Assembly: GCA_005885035.1 (NCBI GenBank)
Contig: VAXZ01000115.1
Coordinates: 1 to 38,762 of the forward strand
Direction: 5' to 3'
Length of the DNA stretch: 38,762 nt
Source: Actinomycetota bacterium
GTDB taxonomy: Bacteria; Actinomycetota; UBA4738; HRBIN12
Shown: positions 7,042-16,595 of the stretch, in pieces
Position numbering within the stretch: the first letter of the stretch is position 1
Layout of the letters: each line of letters starts with the position of its first letter
Made by a program: the position numbers and the translations under genes
The notes under the pieces: generated by a model
What the model was told of the DNA's origin: nothing
Seen by the model: the letters and a program-made list of their open reading frames with translations, nothing else
Database searches by the model: none

Positions 7042-8100
7042 TCAGACGCCGTGGAGCGTCTGGTCGGCGTGGGGCGCGTTCGGATCCAGCGAATCGGCGA
7101 GGATGTGGTCCGCCACCTCGAAGGTGAGCGAGGACACGTCCAGCTCCTGGCTGTTCGCCAGACAGATGAACGTGGCTCGCTGCTCGGGGAAGACCACGAG
7201 CTTCGACTCCCACCCCGGGAAGCTCCCTCCGTGGCTCACGATCGGCTGGCCGCGATGCGTCCGCACGGAGACACCCCACGCGTAGTGGATCGGTCTGCCG
7301 TCAGCCAGTCGGCCCGGCGTGGTCAGGGTCTCCGCGAGCCATCCACCGGTCAGCCGGTCGTCCAGGAGGTTCGCGCTCCATCGGGCGAGGTCGTCGGCCG
7401 TCGTCCAGAGCCCACCCGACCCGACAGCGTGGAACCGAGCCGGCTCGACGTGCAGGCGGCCGTCGGTGGCGCGGAAGTGCCCGCGCGCTGCGCGCGCGGG
7501 CAGTTCCGTTTCCGCATCGCGGAAGAAGGTGTCGTACATCGCGAGCGGCTCGAAGAGCCGCTCGCGTGCGACGTCGGCCAACGGCGCGCCGGAGGCCCGG
7601 GCGATCGCCTCCGCCAGCAGGAGATACCCGTCGCCCGTGTACAGATGGCGCGTTCCCGCCTCCTCGCCCGAGTCGGGGATCGTCCGGATCTCCTCCATGA
7701 GCTCCTCGTTCCCCCACCCCGGGACGCCCGAGGGGTCGATCCCGCCGCTCGGCCGGTAGACGTGTGGCAAGCCCGCGGTGTGGTGGACCAGATGCTGCAG
7801 GTGCACGCGCTCTCCCCACGACGGGAGCCCAGGGACGTACGTGGCGATCGGTCCATGGAGATCGAGCACGCCATCGCGCCACAGAAGTGCGACGCACGCG
7901 GCCACGAACTGCTTCGCGAGCGACCCCACGTAGAAGATCGAGTCACCGCGGAGCGGCCGTCCGGTCGTGATGTTCGCGGTGCCCATCCCGTGGCCGAGCC
8001 AGTCGTGTGGTCCCGGCCCGCGAACCTGGATCATGACTCCGGGTTGCCGTTGGGGAAGCTCGGGAAGGATCCCTGTCTCCTCGATGCCGTCGAAGCGCAT
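7042..8100 (-). CDS. Serine hydrolase, beta-lactamase (class C-like) family
   Basis: GSLAKQF (SxxK), HHTAGL, HGG; start re-placed at ATG 8100. Confidence 0.85.
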   Translation of the reverse strand: MRFDGIEETGILPELPQRQPGVMIQVRGPGPHDWLGHGMGTANITTGRPLRGDSIFYVGSLAKQFVAACVALLWRDGVLDLHGPIATYVPGLPSWGERVHLQHLVHHTAGLPHVYRPSGGIDPSGVPGWGNEELMEEIRTIPDSGEEAGTRHLYTGDGYLLLAEAIARASGAPLADVARERLFEPLAMYDTFFRDAETELPARAARGHFRATDGRLHVEPARFHAVGSGGLWTTADDLARWSANLLDDRLTGGWLAETLTTPGRLADGRPIHYAWGVSVRTHRGQPIVSHGGSFPGWESKLVVFPEQRATFICLANSQELDVSSLTFEVADHILADSLDPNAPHADQTLHGV

Positions 8101-8102
8101 CG

Positions 8103-9593
8103 CTAGCCGGGCTCGACGGACCCGCGTCTCCGTTCGGTTCGCCGTTCCGCCTCCAGGCGCTCCAGGTCCACGTCGTCGTGGCTCATGAACGTGAACGCTT
8201 CGCCGATCGCCGGGTGCACCGCGGCGATCTCCCGGTGGATCGCCTGCGCGACGCGGCGATACGTCGGATGGCCTTGCGGTTGCGAGCGGAGCTCCGCCAG
8301 GTGCATCGCCTCGCGAGCCGTCATCTGCAGCACGAACCGGATCCGGTACCCCATCGCGACCGCGTACTGGGCGGCGTCCAGCAACCCTCCGGCCGCGATC
8401 TGGTCGTGCGTCTCCTTCGAGCGCTCCATCAGGCGCTCCCATCCGTCGCGGAGGCCGGCAGCGTCGACGTCGACCGGAACCTCGTAGCCGAACGATGGCG
8501 AGAGTCGTTGCCATTCGATCGTGAGGGGGCGGTGGCGCTGCAGATCGCGGAAGGCGCCGTAGTCGCACAGGATGTCGAAGCGATACTGCGTCCGTTCCCA
8601 TGCACGGCCGGGCTTGTGCCGCCGGTTCGTCCGCATGCCGATGCTCGCGGCCAGCACGGCGTCCCGGTCGCCGGGCTGCATGCCACGGACGAACTGGAGG
8701 AGCTGGTCGTCGGGCAGATCGCTCGCGGCGTAGAGCGCCGCGGCGGTTACCTTTAGCTCGCCCTCGGGATCATAGTCAACCAGGTTGACTTCTTCGCGCA
8801 GCTCGGGCTCGACGTCACCGGTGAGCTTCGCCGCAAGCTCCTGCGTGCGCTCGCGGACGTCGCGCCAGTAGCTCGACCAGGCCACGCCCCGATCGTCCAC
8901 ATCGACACGCTTGAGGAACTCGGGGATGACCTTCCGCAGCTCGACCTTCATCAGGTCGCCGTACTCGCGCGCCTCGACGAGCGGGTGCTGCGCCAGACGC
9001 ATCAGCAGTTGCTCGTACGACTGCCCGGTCGCGTAGATCCCGAGGTTCGAGCGCGTCCCGGCCGGGAGGATCAAGCGGAGCGTGTCGCAGGTCTTCGCCA
9101 GGATCGTTTGTCGATAGACGAAGTCAGAGTCACCGGGTTCCTGCGGGAACCGCTCGCGGTACCAGGCATCCAGGGTCTCGTACATCCTCCCGTACGTCGT
9201 GAAGACATCGTCCAGGAGTCCGACGTAGCGCTGCTCGAGTTGGGTGTCGACGATCTCGGGCGGAACCGTCGCGCGCCAGCGTCCATCGGGACGGCTGTCG
9301 TAGCGCATGTACCGCGTCGATTGTTCGAGGTACGCCGCGAGCCTGCCCCACTCCAACGCCTTCGCCAGGAGCTGCGACGACTGCTCGCACGCCAGGTGGA
9401 CGCCCCCGAGCTGCGCCACCGAATCGTCGCCGTACTCCACGAAGACACGGTCGTACAGCTTCTCGGCCCGCGCCGATCCCATCGACGATCCGACGCTCGC
9501 TCCCGCGACGTCCTCGGCGAACTCGTCGAGGAACAGGCGGCGGAGCGACTTCGTGCTTCGTGAGTAGCGAGCGGTCGCGTACCAGGTGCTCAC
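8103..9593 (-). CDS. thyX: Tandem-domain FAD-dependent thymidylate synthase; N-terminus appears internally shortened
   Basis: ARYSRS, YGDDSVAQLG, YLEQSTRY, FRDLQRHR, ELRSQPQGHPTYR; GTG at 9593 overlaps pknB stop (GTGA). Confidence 0.85.
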   Translation of the reverse strand: MSTWYATARYSRSTKSLRRLFLDEFAEDVAGASVGSSMGSARAEKLYDRVFVEYGDDSVAQLGGVHLACEQSSQLLAKALEWGRLAAYLEQSTRYMRYDSRPDGRWRATVPPEIVDTQLEQRYVGLLDDVFTTYGRMYETLDAWYRERFPQEPGDSDFVYRQTILAKTCDTLRLILPAGTRSNLGIYATGQSYEQLLMRLAQHPLVEAREYGDLMKVELRKVIPEFLKRVDVDDRGVAWSSYWRDVRERTQELAAKLTGDVEPELREEVNLVDYDPEGELKVTAAALYAASDLPDDQLLQFVRGMQPGDRDAVLAASIGMRTNRRHKPGRAWERTQYRFDILCDYGAFRDLQRHRPLTIEWQRLSPSFGYEVPVDVDAAGLRDGWERLMERSKETHDQIAAGGLLDAAQYAVAMGYRIRFVLQMTAREAMHLAELRSQPQGHPTYRRVAQAIHREIAAVHPAIGEAFTFMSHDDVDLERLEAERRTERRRGSVEPG

Positions 9594-11293
9594 GGGACGA
9601 GACTCGCGCTCGGCGATGGGGATGGGGACGGCGACGACGGTTCTCCGGTGGAGAGCCTCACGGTGTCGCCCGGCTTCACTTGCGCCCCCGGCTGCGGGTC
9701 CTGCGCTGCGACCCGATTCAGGTTCGGGCATTGCGGGAGCGGGGGCACCAACGGTCCCGGTTGCACTTTCAACCCGAGGTGGTTCAGCTGGTTCTTCGCC
9801 TGGCTGTACGTCTCGCACGTGTAATCCCCGAGCGTGATGGACGACGGCCCCGACACCAGCGTGACGCCCACCAGCGAGCCGCGATCGACCTTGGTTCCAG
9901 CCGGAGGCGATTGGTCGATCACGGTGTCGACCGGGCACGTATCGCTCGGTGCTCGCTTCTGGGTGCCGAGCGTCAGGTGCATGGCCTCCAAGGTCGCCGT
10001 CGCGGCGTCGAGCGGCAGGCACGACGACGAGATGTCGGGGACCGTGACCTTGGGGAAGGGGGAGGCGACCGTCAGCGTGATCGTGTCTCCGGCGGCGACC
10101 GGCGTCCTCGGGTCCGGGCTCTGGAGCAGAACGGTGCCTTGGGGCTTCGCGCTGTGTCTCGTCGGCGGCGGGTCGACGACCACGAGACCGAGACCCTCCA
10201 GCTGGGACTTCGCCGCCTCGAACGTCTTGCCCGTGACGTCGGGCAGCTGGAACGCCTGCGCGGCGTTCTTGTTGCTGAGGACCTGGGCGAGGAGGTACCC
10301 GCCGGCCGCCAGCAGGGCGAAGACCAACAGACCGATCAGTACCCCCAGCCAGACCTTGCGCGATGAGCCCTCGGGCTCTGGCGGCGGCAGCACCTGGGTC
10401 GGCGCCGGCCGAGCGATCACCTGCGTCGCGTCCACGGCCCCGGCGCCGACGAGGATCGGCGTCGCCTCGACGTCCTGACCCTGCTTGACCCGTTCCAGAT
10501 CCGCCGCCAGCTCCTCCGCGCTCTGGTAGCGGTTGGCAGGGTTCTTCGCCAGGCATTTCATGACCACGGCATCCAGCTTCGGCGGCACGTCGGGGTTGTG
10601 CGCGGACGGGGGGACCGGCGCCTCGTTCACCTGCTTGTACGCGATCGCCACCGGCGTGTCGCCGGTGAACGGGGGCCGCCCCGCGAGCAGCTCGTACAAG
10701 ACGCACCCCAACGAGTAGATGTCCGATCGCGCGTCCACCGCCTGCCCCTGGGCCTGCTCGGGCGAGAGGTAGGTCGGGGTCCCGATCACCGACGAGGTCT
10801 GCGGTGCGGTGACGTCGGTCTGCATCCGCGCGATACCGAAATCCATCACCTTCACGAACCCGTCCCGGGTGACCATCACGTTCCCGGGCTTGATGTCCCG
10901 ATGGACGATCCCCTGCGCGTGCGCCGAGGCGAGTGCCTCGGCGATCTTCCGCGTCAGCTCGACCGCCTGCACCAACGTGGGGCGTCGGCCGCTCGCCAAG
11001 AAATCGGCGAGCGTCCGACCCTCCACGAACTCCATCACGATGTACTGCCGGTCGCCGTCGGATCCGGTGTCGTAGACGCCGACGATCGTGGGTTGGTTCA
11101 GCCGAGCCGCCGCCTGAGCCTCACGCCGGAACCGGGCGACGAACCCCGCGTCACGCGCGAACTGGGGGAGGAGGACCTTGATCGCGACCGTTCGATGGAG
11201 CACCGGGTCGAAGCCGCGGTAGACCTCGGCCATCCCGCCCGCACCGATCCGCGCTTCAACCCGGTAGCGCTCACCCAGCACGGAATCGCTCAC
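9590..11293 (-). CDS. pknB: PASTA-domain Ser/Thr protein kinase (three PASTA repeats)
   Basis: IGAGGMAEVY, VAIK, HRDIKPGN, DFGIAR, TM helix, PASTA repeats; start GTG 11293. Confidence 0.95.
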   Translation of the reverse strand: MSDSVLGERYRVEARIGAGGMAEVYRGFDPVLHRTVAIKVLLPQFARDAGFVARFRREAQAAARLNQPTIVGVYDTGSDGDRQYIVMEFVEGRTLADFLASGRRPTLVQAVELTRKIAEALASAHAQGIVHRDIKPGNVMVTRDGFVKVMDFGIARMQTDVTAPQTSSVIGTPTYLSPEQAQGQAVDARSDIYSLGCVLYELLAGRPPFTGDTPVAIAYKQVNEAPVPPSAHNPDVPPKLDAVVMKCLAKNPANRYQSAEELAADLERVKQGQDVEATPILVGAGAVDATQVIARPAPTQVLPPPEPEGSSRKVWLGVLIGLLVFALLAAGGYLLAQVLSNKNAAQAFQLPDVTGKTFEAAKSQLEGLGLVVVDPPPTRHSAKPQGTVLLQSPDPRTPVAAGDTITLTVASPFPKVTVPDISSSCLPLDAATATLEAMHLTLGTQKRAPSDTCPVDTVIDQSPPAGTKVDRGSLVGVTLVSGPSSITLGDYTCETYSQAKNQLNHLGLKVQPGPLVPPLPQCPNLNRVAAQDPQPGAQVKPGDTVRLSTGEPSSPSPSPSPSASLVP

Positions 11294-11303
11294 GCTCGTT
11301 CGT

Positions 11304-12845
11304 TCACCCCTTGAGGTATGCCTGCAGGACCTGTTTGGCGATCGGCGCGGCCACGCGACCGCCGGTCGCCTCGCTCCCGAGGTCCCCGCCGTCCAGCACG
11401 ATAACCGCAACCGCGATGGTCGGCGTCTGGCCCGAGCCGGCCGGTGCGAACGCCGTGAACCAGGCGTTCGGCGGAACGTTGCAGTTGGGGACCGGGCCGC
11501 AGTTCGTCGCCGTCCCGGTCTTGCCGGCCACGATCGTCCCCGGGATCTGCGCCGCAGTTCCGGTCCCGCTCGTGACGACGTTGATCATCATCTGACGCAT
11601 CTGGTCGGCCGTATGGGGAGTGATCGGACGTCCGTACTCCTGTTTGTCGAACAGCTTGATGGTCCGGCCGGCGCTGTCGCGCACCTCCGTCACCAACCTC
11701 GGCGCGTACAGCAGTCCTCCGTTGGCGATCGCGGCTGATTCGAGCGCGAGCTGCAGAGGGTTCTGCTTGTCGTTGTCGAGCCCGACCGCGGACAGGGCCA
11801 CCTTCGGCAGGTTCTCGTTGAAGTACGAGGACTCCGGGAACCGCCCGCTGTTCCACGGAAGGATGAACGGGATCGTCGGCTCCGCGCACGTGACCTGGTT
11901 CGGCGGCAGGATCGGGCAGAACCCGTAGCGATGCGCCTGTGCCGAGAGCCGCTCCGCGCCGAGGTGAAGACCGATCAGCCCGAACGTGACGTTGCACGAT
12001 TGCTCGAACGCTTGCGCCATCGTGACCGTCGTGGTGCCGACGTGGCAGATCTCGTTGCCGAAGTTCTGCAACGTGCTGGATGACTGCGGCAGGTCGAGGA
12101 CGTGGGGGTTCGGCCACGCCTTGTCCGGTCCCCAGCCGTTCTCCAGGGCCGCGGATGCCGTCACCAGCTTGAAGGTCGATCCGGGCAGGTAGAGCTCCTG
12201 GAACGCCTTGGAGACGAGCGGGCGCTGGGGGTCCGAGATCAACGCGTTCCACGCCGAGTTGATCTGCTGGTCGGTCCCCGTCGACAATGGGTTCGGGTCG
12301 TAGCCCGGGTTCGAATACATCGCAAGGACGTCGCCCGACCCTGGGTCGAGCGCGACGACCGCGCCCTGATGGCTCCCGAGCGCGGCGCGGGCGACCCGCT
12401 GCAGGGACGGGACGATCGTCGTGAGGACGGTTCCCCCGACCTTTGGCCGGCCGAGCAGGATGTCGGTGAGGTTCTGCGCCGTGAACTCGGGAGCCGTCCC
12501 GGACAGGTAGGGGTTCATCGCGTCCTCCAGGCCGCTGAGCCCGTAGATCCGCGAGTAGTACCCGGTGAGCTGCCCGTAGAGCTCCCGTCCCGGATACTTC
12601 CGGAGGAACCGATAGACGGAGTTCGGATCGGGGTTCTTGATGCTCTCGGCCAGCACGGTCCGTTCGTCGGCCGCGAGGATCTGGCCGCGCTCCACCGAGT
12701 ACTCCGCGCGTATCTGCCGAGCCGCGTTCGCCGGCTCGTCCGCGATCCGGTTCGCCGCGAAGACCTGGATGTAGGCGACCTGGGCGAACAACAGCGCGAA
12801 CAGCGCGACGAACGCGAACCCAAGCCGCCGGATCTGGCGATCCAT
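11304..12845 (-). CDS. pbpA: Class B penicillin-binding protein
   Basis: PGSTFK (SxxK), SCN, KTGT; N-terminal TM; conserved synteny. Confidence 0.93.
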   Translation of the reverse strand: MDRQIRRLGFAFVALFALLFAQVAYIQVFAANRIADEPANAARQIRAEYSVERGQILAADERTVLAESIKNPDPNSVYRFLRKYPGRELYGQLTGYYSRIYGLSGLEDAMNPYLSGTAPEFTAQNLTDILLGRPKVGGTVLTTIVPSLQRVARAALGSHQGAVVALDPGSGDVLAMYSNPGYDPNPLSTGTDQQINSAWNALISDPQRPLVSKAFQELYLPGSTFKLVTASAALENGWGPDKAWPNPHVLDLPQSSSTLQNFGNEICHVGTTTVTMAQAFEQSCNVTFGLIGLHLGAERLSAQAHRYGFCPILPPNQVTCAEPTIPFILPWNSGRFPESSYFNENLPKVALSAVGLDNDKQNPLQLALESAAIANGGLLYAPRLVTEVRDSAGRTIKLFDKQEYGRPITPHTADQMRQMMINVVTSGTGTAAQIPGTIVAGKTGTATNCGPVPNCNVPPNAWFTAFAPAGSGQTPTIAVAVIVLDGGDLGSEATGGRVAAPIAKQVLQAYLKG

Positions 12846-12847
12846 CG

Positions 12848-14176
12848 TTACGGCCCCTTCCGTTCCCGGTACCACGCACCAGCGGACGCTCGGATCAGCA
12901 GTGCCAGGATCACGAAGGTCGCCACCCGGCTGGTGCCGCCGTAGGACACGAGCGGAAGGGGCACGCCCGTGAGTGGGATCAGCCGCAGCACGCCGGCCGC
13001 GATCGTGAAGACCTGCAAGCCGATCACCGTCGTGAGGCCGACGGCAAGGAGCTTGCCGAACGAGTCCTGGCGTTCCACCCCGATCCGCAGCCCTCGTCCG
13101 ATCAACACGAGATACAGGAGCAGGATGCCGGCAACCCCGAGCATCCCCAGCTCCTCACCGAACGCCGCGAGGATGAAGTCGCTCCCGACGTAGGGGATGA
13201 ACGTCGGCGAACCCAGGCCGAGACCCGTCCCGACCGTGCCGCCCGACGCGAACGCGAACCATCCCTGCGCCAACTGATAGCCGATCCCGTTCACGTTCTT
13301 CGGGTCGAGCGCGTGGAACCAGATCACGACCCGCTCCTGGATGTGCGGGAGCGCCAGCCACCCGATGTAGGCGCCGATCGCGAACAGGACGATCCCCAGC
13401 AGCAGGTACGACGATCGCCCGGTCGCGATCCATACCATCACGACGAACACGCCGAAGAGGAGCAGCGACGCGCCCACGTCGCGTTCGAGCAGCAACACCG
13501 CGAGCGAGGTTCCCCATGCGAGGAGCAGGGGCCCGAGATCTTTCACGCGGGGGAGCCCGAACCGCCCGACGCCGGCCGCCAGCAGCTCGCGGCGTTGCGA
13601 GAGGTAGGACGCGAGGAAGATCACGATCAGGACCCGGCCGAACTCAGCGGGTTGGAACTGCAGGAACCCGAAGTTCACCCACAGACGTGCTCCGTTGATC
13701 TCGTAACCGAGGCCGGGGACGATCGGCAGCAGGAGCAGCACGATGCCGGCCAGCCCGATCGTGTAGGTGAAGGCGTCGAGCTGCCGGATGTCCCGCACGA
13801 CCAGAAGCGTCAGCGCGAAGCAGGCGAGCCCGATCAGCAGCCAGATCGCCTGGTTCTGGGCGATGTCGACGCGGCCACGCTCGTCCATCAAGCGGTAGAG
13901 CATGGCCAGGCCCAAGCCACCGAGGAGCACGGCGACCGGGTAGAGGGCGGGATCGGCGGACCGCGCCGCGTACCGGATCACGAGCCACCCGCCGAGCGAG
14001 GCGCCCGTGAAGACCACGCCGTAGACGGCGAGGTTCCGAGGAACCTCGCCGTGCAGCCCGAGTCCCTGCAGGACGTAGGCCAGGAGCGAGCCCGCAACGG
14101 CGAGGATCAGCAGACCGAAGCCGGTGCGGGCTCGCCGTGTCTGCGCGGCGCCGGCCGGAACCGCGACGGCGCTCAC
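12848..14176 (-). CDS. rodA: SEDS family peptidoglycan polymerase RodA/FtsW
   Basis: NGARLW, FQPAEF, GEELG, IPLTGVPLPLVSYGG; multi-TM. Confidence 0.93.
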   Translation of the reverse strand: MSAVAVPAGAAQTRRARTGFGLLILAVAGSLLAYVLQGLGLHGEVPRNLAVYGVVFTGASLGGWLVIRYAARSADPALYPVAVLLGGLGLAMLYRLMDERGRVDIAQNQAIWLLIGLACFALTLLVVRDIRQLDAFTYTIGLAGIVLLLLPIVPGLGYEINGARLWVNFGFLQFQPAEFGRVLIVIFLASYLSQRRELLAAGVGRFGLPRVKDLGPLLLAWGTSLAVLLLERDVGASLLLFGVFVVMVWIATGRSSYLLLGIVLFAIGAYIGWLALPHIQERVVIWFHALDPKNVNGIGYQLAQGWFAFASGGTVGTGLGLGSPTFIPYVGSDFILAAFGEELGMLGVAGILLLYLVLIGRGLRIGVERQDSFGKLLAVGLTTVIGLQVFTIAAGVLRLIPLTGVPLPLVSYGGTSRVATFVILALLIRASAGAWYRERKGP

Positions 14177-15324
14177 GCGTGCCCTCCGGTTCCCCCGCGC
14201 GCAGCCTTGCGGACGTCCCGGCGGATCTGCTCAACGCGGGCATCGGCGTCCGCACGGCTGTCGACGTTGATGCCGCTGGCGAGCGACGAATACAGGGGGA
14301 GTGCCTCCGCCGCTGCCGCCGGGATGTCCGTCTCCTCCTCCACGACGTGCGAAAGGTGATAGCCGAACACGTCCGCAGGGATCCCCTGGTAGATCGCCAC
14401 GTGACCGTTGGCGACCCCGACGTACCAGCGCGTGTCGATCAGCACACGGGCCCCGGTGAACGCCGCCCCGAGCGCGACCACCACGATGCCGAGGATGATC
14501 GCGACGCGCCACCAGCGCCGGCGTGCTTCGCGTGTGCGCGCCGGTCCGTCGGCCTCCTGCTCCGCGTGGGTCGTGGCCGCCCTGGGGGGCGCCACGACGG
14601 CCGCACCCTCGTCCGCTCCATCATCCGGCAGGACGTCGAGCACGACCACGGTGATGTTGTCGACGCCGCCGGCATGGTTCGCTGCGGTCACCAGCCGGTC
14701 GGCGGCCTCCTGCGGGGCGCCTTCCGTGGCTCCGAGGATCGCCTGGATCTGTTCCTCGGTGATCATCCCGGTGAGCCCGTCGGAGCACAGGAGGAGTCGG
14801 TCACCGTCGAGGAGCCCGACGTCCTGCTCGTCGAGCGGGACGTCGGGCTCCGTCCCGAGCGCCCGGACCAGCACGTTGCGGTGCGGGTGGACCTCGGCTT
14901 CCGCCGCGGTGATCTCTCCAGCCTTCACCATCCGGTTCACCAACGTGTGATCGTCCGTGAGCTGCCGGAGGGACCCCGCCCGCAACAGGTAGGCGCGGGA
15001 GTCGCCCACGTGCACCAGGTGCGCCAGGTCGCCCCGGATCACCGCGGCCGTGAGCGTGGTTCCCATACCGGCGACGGCCCGGTCGGCTCCCGAGCGTTCG
15101 AAGACCGCTCGGTTCGCCGCCTGGACCTGCTCTGCGAACGGCTCTGCTCCCTTGCGGAACGACTCGGCGATCGTCGTGAGCGCCAGCTGCGAGGCGACCT
15201 CTCCACCGCGATGCCCGCCCATCCCGTCCGCGACGGCGTACAAGGGCGGCTCGATCAGGTAGGCGTCCTCGTTCCCCGAGCGCACCTGCCCGACGTGCGT
15301 CGCGACGCCGGCCTCGATCTTCAC
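14173..15324 (-). CDS. pstP: PP2C-type Ser/Thr phosphatase, membrane anchored
   Basis: NEDA, VADGMGGH, HVGDSRAY, LCSDGL, GGVDNITV; start GTG 15324. Confidence 0.93.
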   Translation of the reverse strand: MKIEAGVATHVGQVRSGNEDAYLIEPPLYAVADGMGGHRGGEVASQLALTTIAESFRKGAEPFAEQVQAANRAVFERSGADRAVAGMGTTLTAAVIRGDLAHLVHVGDSRAYLLRAGSLRQLTDDHTLVNRMVKAGEITAAEAEVHPHRNVLVRALGTEPDVPLDEQDVGLLDGDRLLLCSDGLTGMITEEQIQAILGATEGAPQEAADRLVTAANHAGGVDNITVVVLDVLPDDGADEGAAVVAPPRAATTHAEQEADGPARTREARRRWWRVAIILGIVVVALGAAFTGARVLIDTRWYVGVANGHVAIYQGIPADVFGYHLSHVVEEETDIPAAAAEALPLYSSLASGINVDSRADADARVEQIRRDVRKAARGGTGGHA

Positions 15325-15800
15325 CGTGCGAGCTCCAGGATCGTCGTCCCTACACGGATCCGGTCGCCGGCCGTGAGCATCGCGGGGGCTGCCAATCGCT
15401 GTTCGTTCACGAAGGTTCCGTTCGTCGAGCCGAGATCCTCCACGTACCACGAGCTGTTCTTCGCGAATATCCTCGCGTGCTCCTGCGACACGTACGTGTC
15501 CTCCAGCCGCAGGTCGCACCCCATCGCTCGGCCGATCACCGTGTTGGCGGCGAGGCGGAGCGTTCGCGGCTTCTCCTTGCCTTCGACGTGCACCAGGACG
15601 TTCGCGGGCACGGGCTGACTCGGCGATCGATCCGAACCCGCGCGCGCGCCGGGACCGGGCATCGGTGCGGCCGGGCTGCGATCCACGTTCAACCCGCGGA
15701 CCACCCACCGCATCGAGCGCCACAGGAACAGGAAGAGCAACGCGAACAGCCCGTACTTGAGGGCCGAGAGCGCGAACGGCTCGACGGCGTCCGCGAGCAC
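15321..15800 (-). CDS. fhaB: FHA domain protein with N-terminal TM (FhaB/FipA)
   Basis: IGR, VSQEHA, DLGSTNGT; synteny. Confidence 0.9.
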   Translation of the reverse strand: MLADAVEPFALSALKYGLFALLFLFLWRSMRWVVRGLNVDRSPAAPMPGPGARAGSDRSPSQPVPANVLVHVEGKEKPRTLRLAANTVIGRAMGCDLRLEDTYVSQEHARIFAKNSSWYVEDLGSTNGTFVNEQRLAAPAMLTAGDRIRVGTTILELAR

Positions 15801-16504
15801 TACACCCTCCGGTACTCGATCACCGTGGTGCCGACCGTGATCCGATCGCCGTCGGACAGCGGCCGCGACTGGACCTGCTGTCCGTTCAGCTTGGTCCCGT
15901 TCGTCGATCCGAGATCCGTCAGCGTGGAGCGGCCGTCTTTCGTCCGGATCTGCGCGTGTCGCCGGGACACGCCTTTGTCCTCGATCGTCACGTCGCTCTC
16001 GGGGAGGCGTCCGATCGTCACGATCTCCTTATCCAGCCGGACTCGGTGGACCGAGTCGGCCTCGTGCACCAGCAGCTCGCCGTGGTGCCCGGCTTCGGCG
16101 GCCTCGGCCACGGCCGCGGGAGGGACCTTCTCCTCCCCCTGGACGAGCGACGGCTCGACCTCCAGGTCGCCCTTCCGGAGGTCGTGACCGATGAACAGCT
16201 CGACCTCGGGCGCCCCGACGAGCCCCCATCCGCGCTCCGCGGCGGTCTCCAATACGACCTGCTTCAGCTCGGTGACGAGCGCCGACTCCATCTGTTGGAA
16301 GCGGGGCGCATCATCCTCCGAGAGCGAGATCTCGAAGCGGTTCGGCGCCCACACTTCGTTGATCGCGACCTGCTTGGCATCGTCCATCTCGCGGACCACG
16401 CGCTTGGCGATCTCGACCGGCTGAAGGCCGCTTCGGAACGTCTTGGAGAAGAGGCCTTCGACGAGGCCCCCGAGTCGCCGTTCGAAGTCGCGGAGGTTGG
16501 GCAC
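15800..16504 (-). CDS. fhaA: DUF3662 plus FHA domain protein
   Basis: FERRLGGLVEGLFSKTFRSGLQPVEIA N-terminus; IGR, VSRRHA, DLGSTNGT. Confidence 0.92.
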   Translation of the reverse strand: MPNLRDFERRLGGLVEGLFSKTFRSGLQPVEIAKRVVREMDDAKQVAINEVWAPNRFEISLSEDDAPRFQQMESALVTELKQVVLETAAERGWGLVGAPEVELFIGHDLRKGDLEVEPSLVQGEEKVPPAAVAEAAEAGHHGELLVHEADSVHRVRLDKEIVTIGRLPESDVTIEDKGVSRRHAQIRTKDGRSTLTDLGSTNGTKLNGQQVQSRPLSDGDRITVGTTVIEYRRV

Positions 16505-16595
16505 GATAGGCGGCGTATGCGCGGCGGCCGTTCCGCCGCAACGCCCCCAATCCTACCCTTGGGCTCGTGGCGCCTCGTGACGCCGCGGCGATCCG

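Noticed and set aside
5485-9580. Shared 9-mer CGAGCGGTC near the hisC/hisH and thyX junctions as a recombination signal
   Set aside because: Opposite orientations relative to the genes, not clearly present at other junctions, and plausible by chance at this GC content
9596-9645. Ser-Pro repeat at the PknB C-terminus
   Set aside because: Ordinary low-complexity tail with non-identical codons
8103-10706. 867-aa ORF suggesting a large N-terminal extension of ThyX
   Set aside because: The extension is an alternative frame of pknB; a GTGA overlap at 9593 gives a natural start
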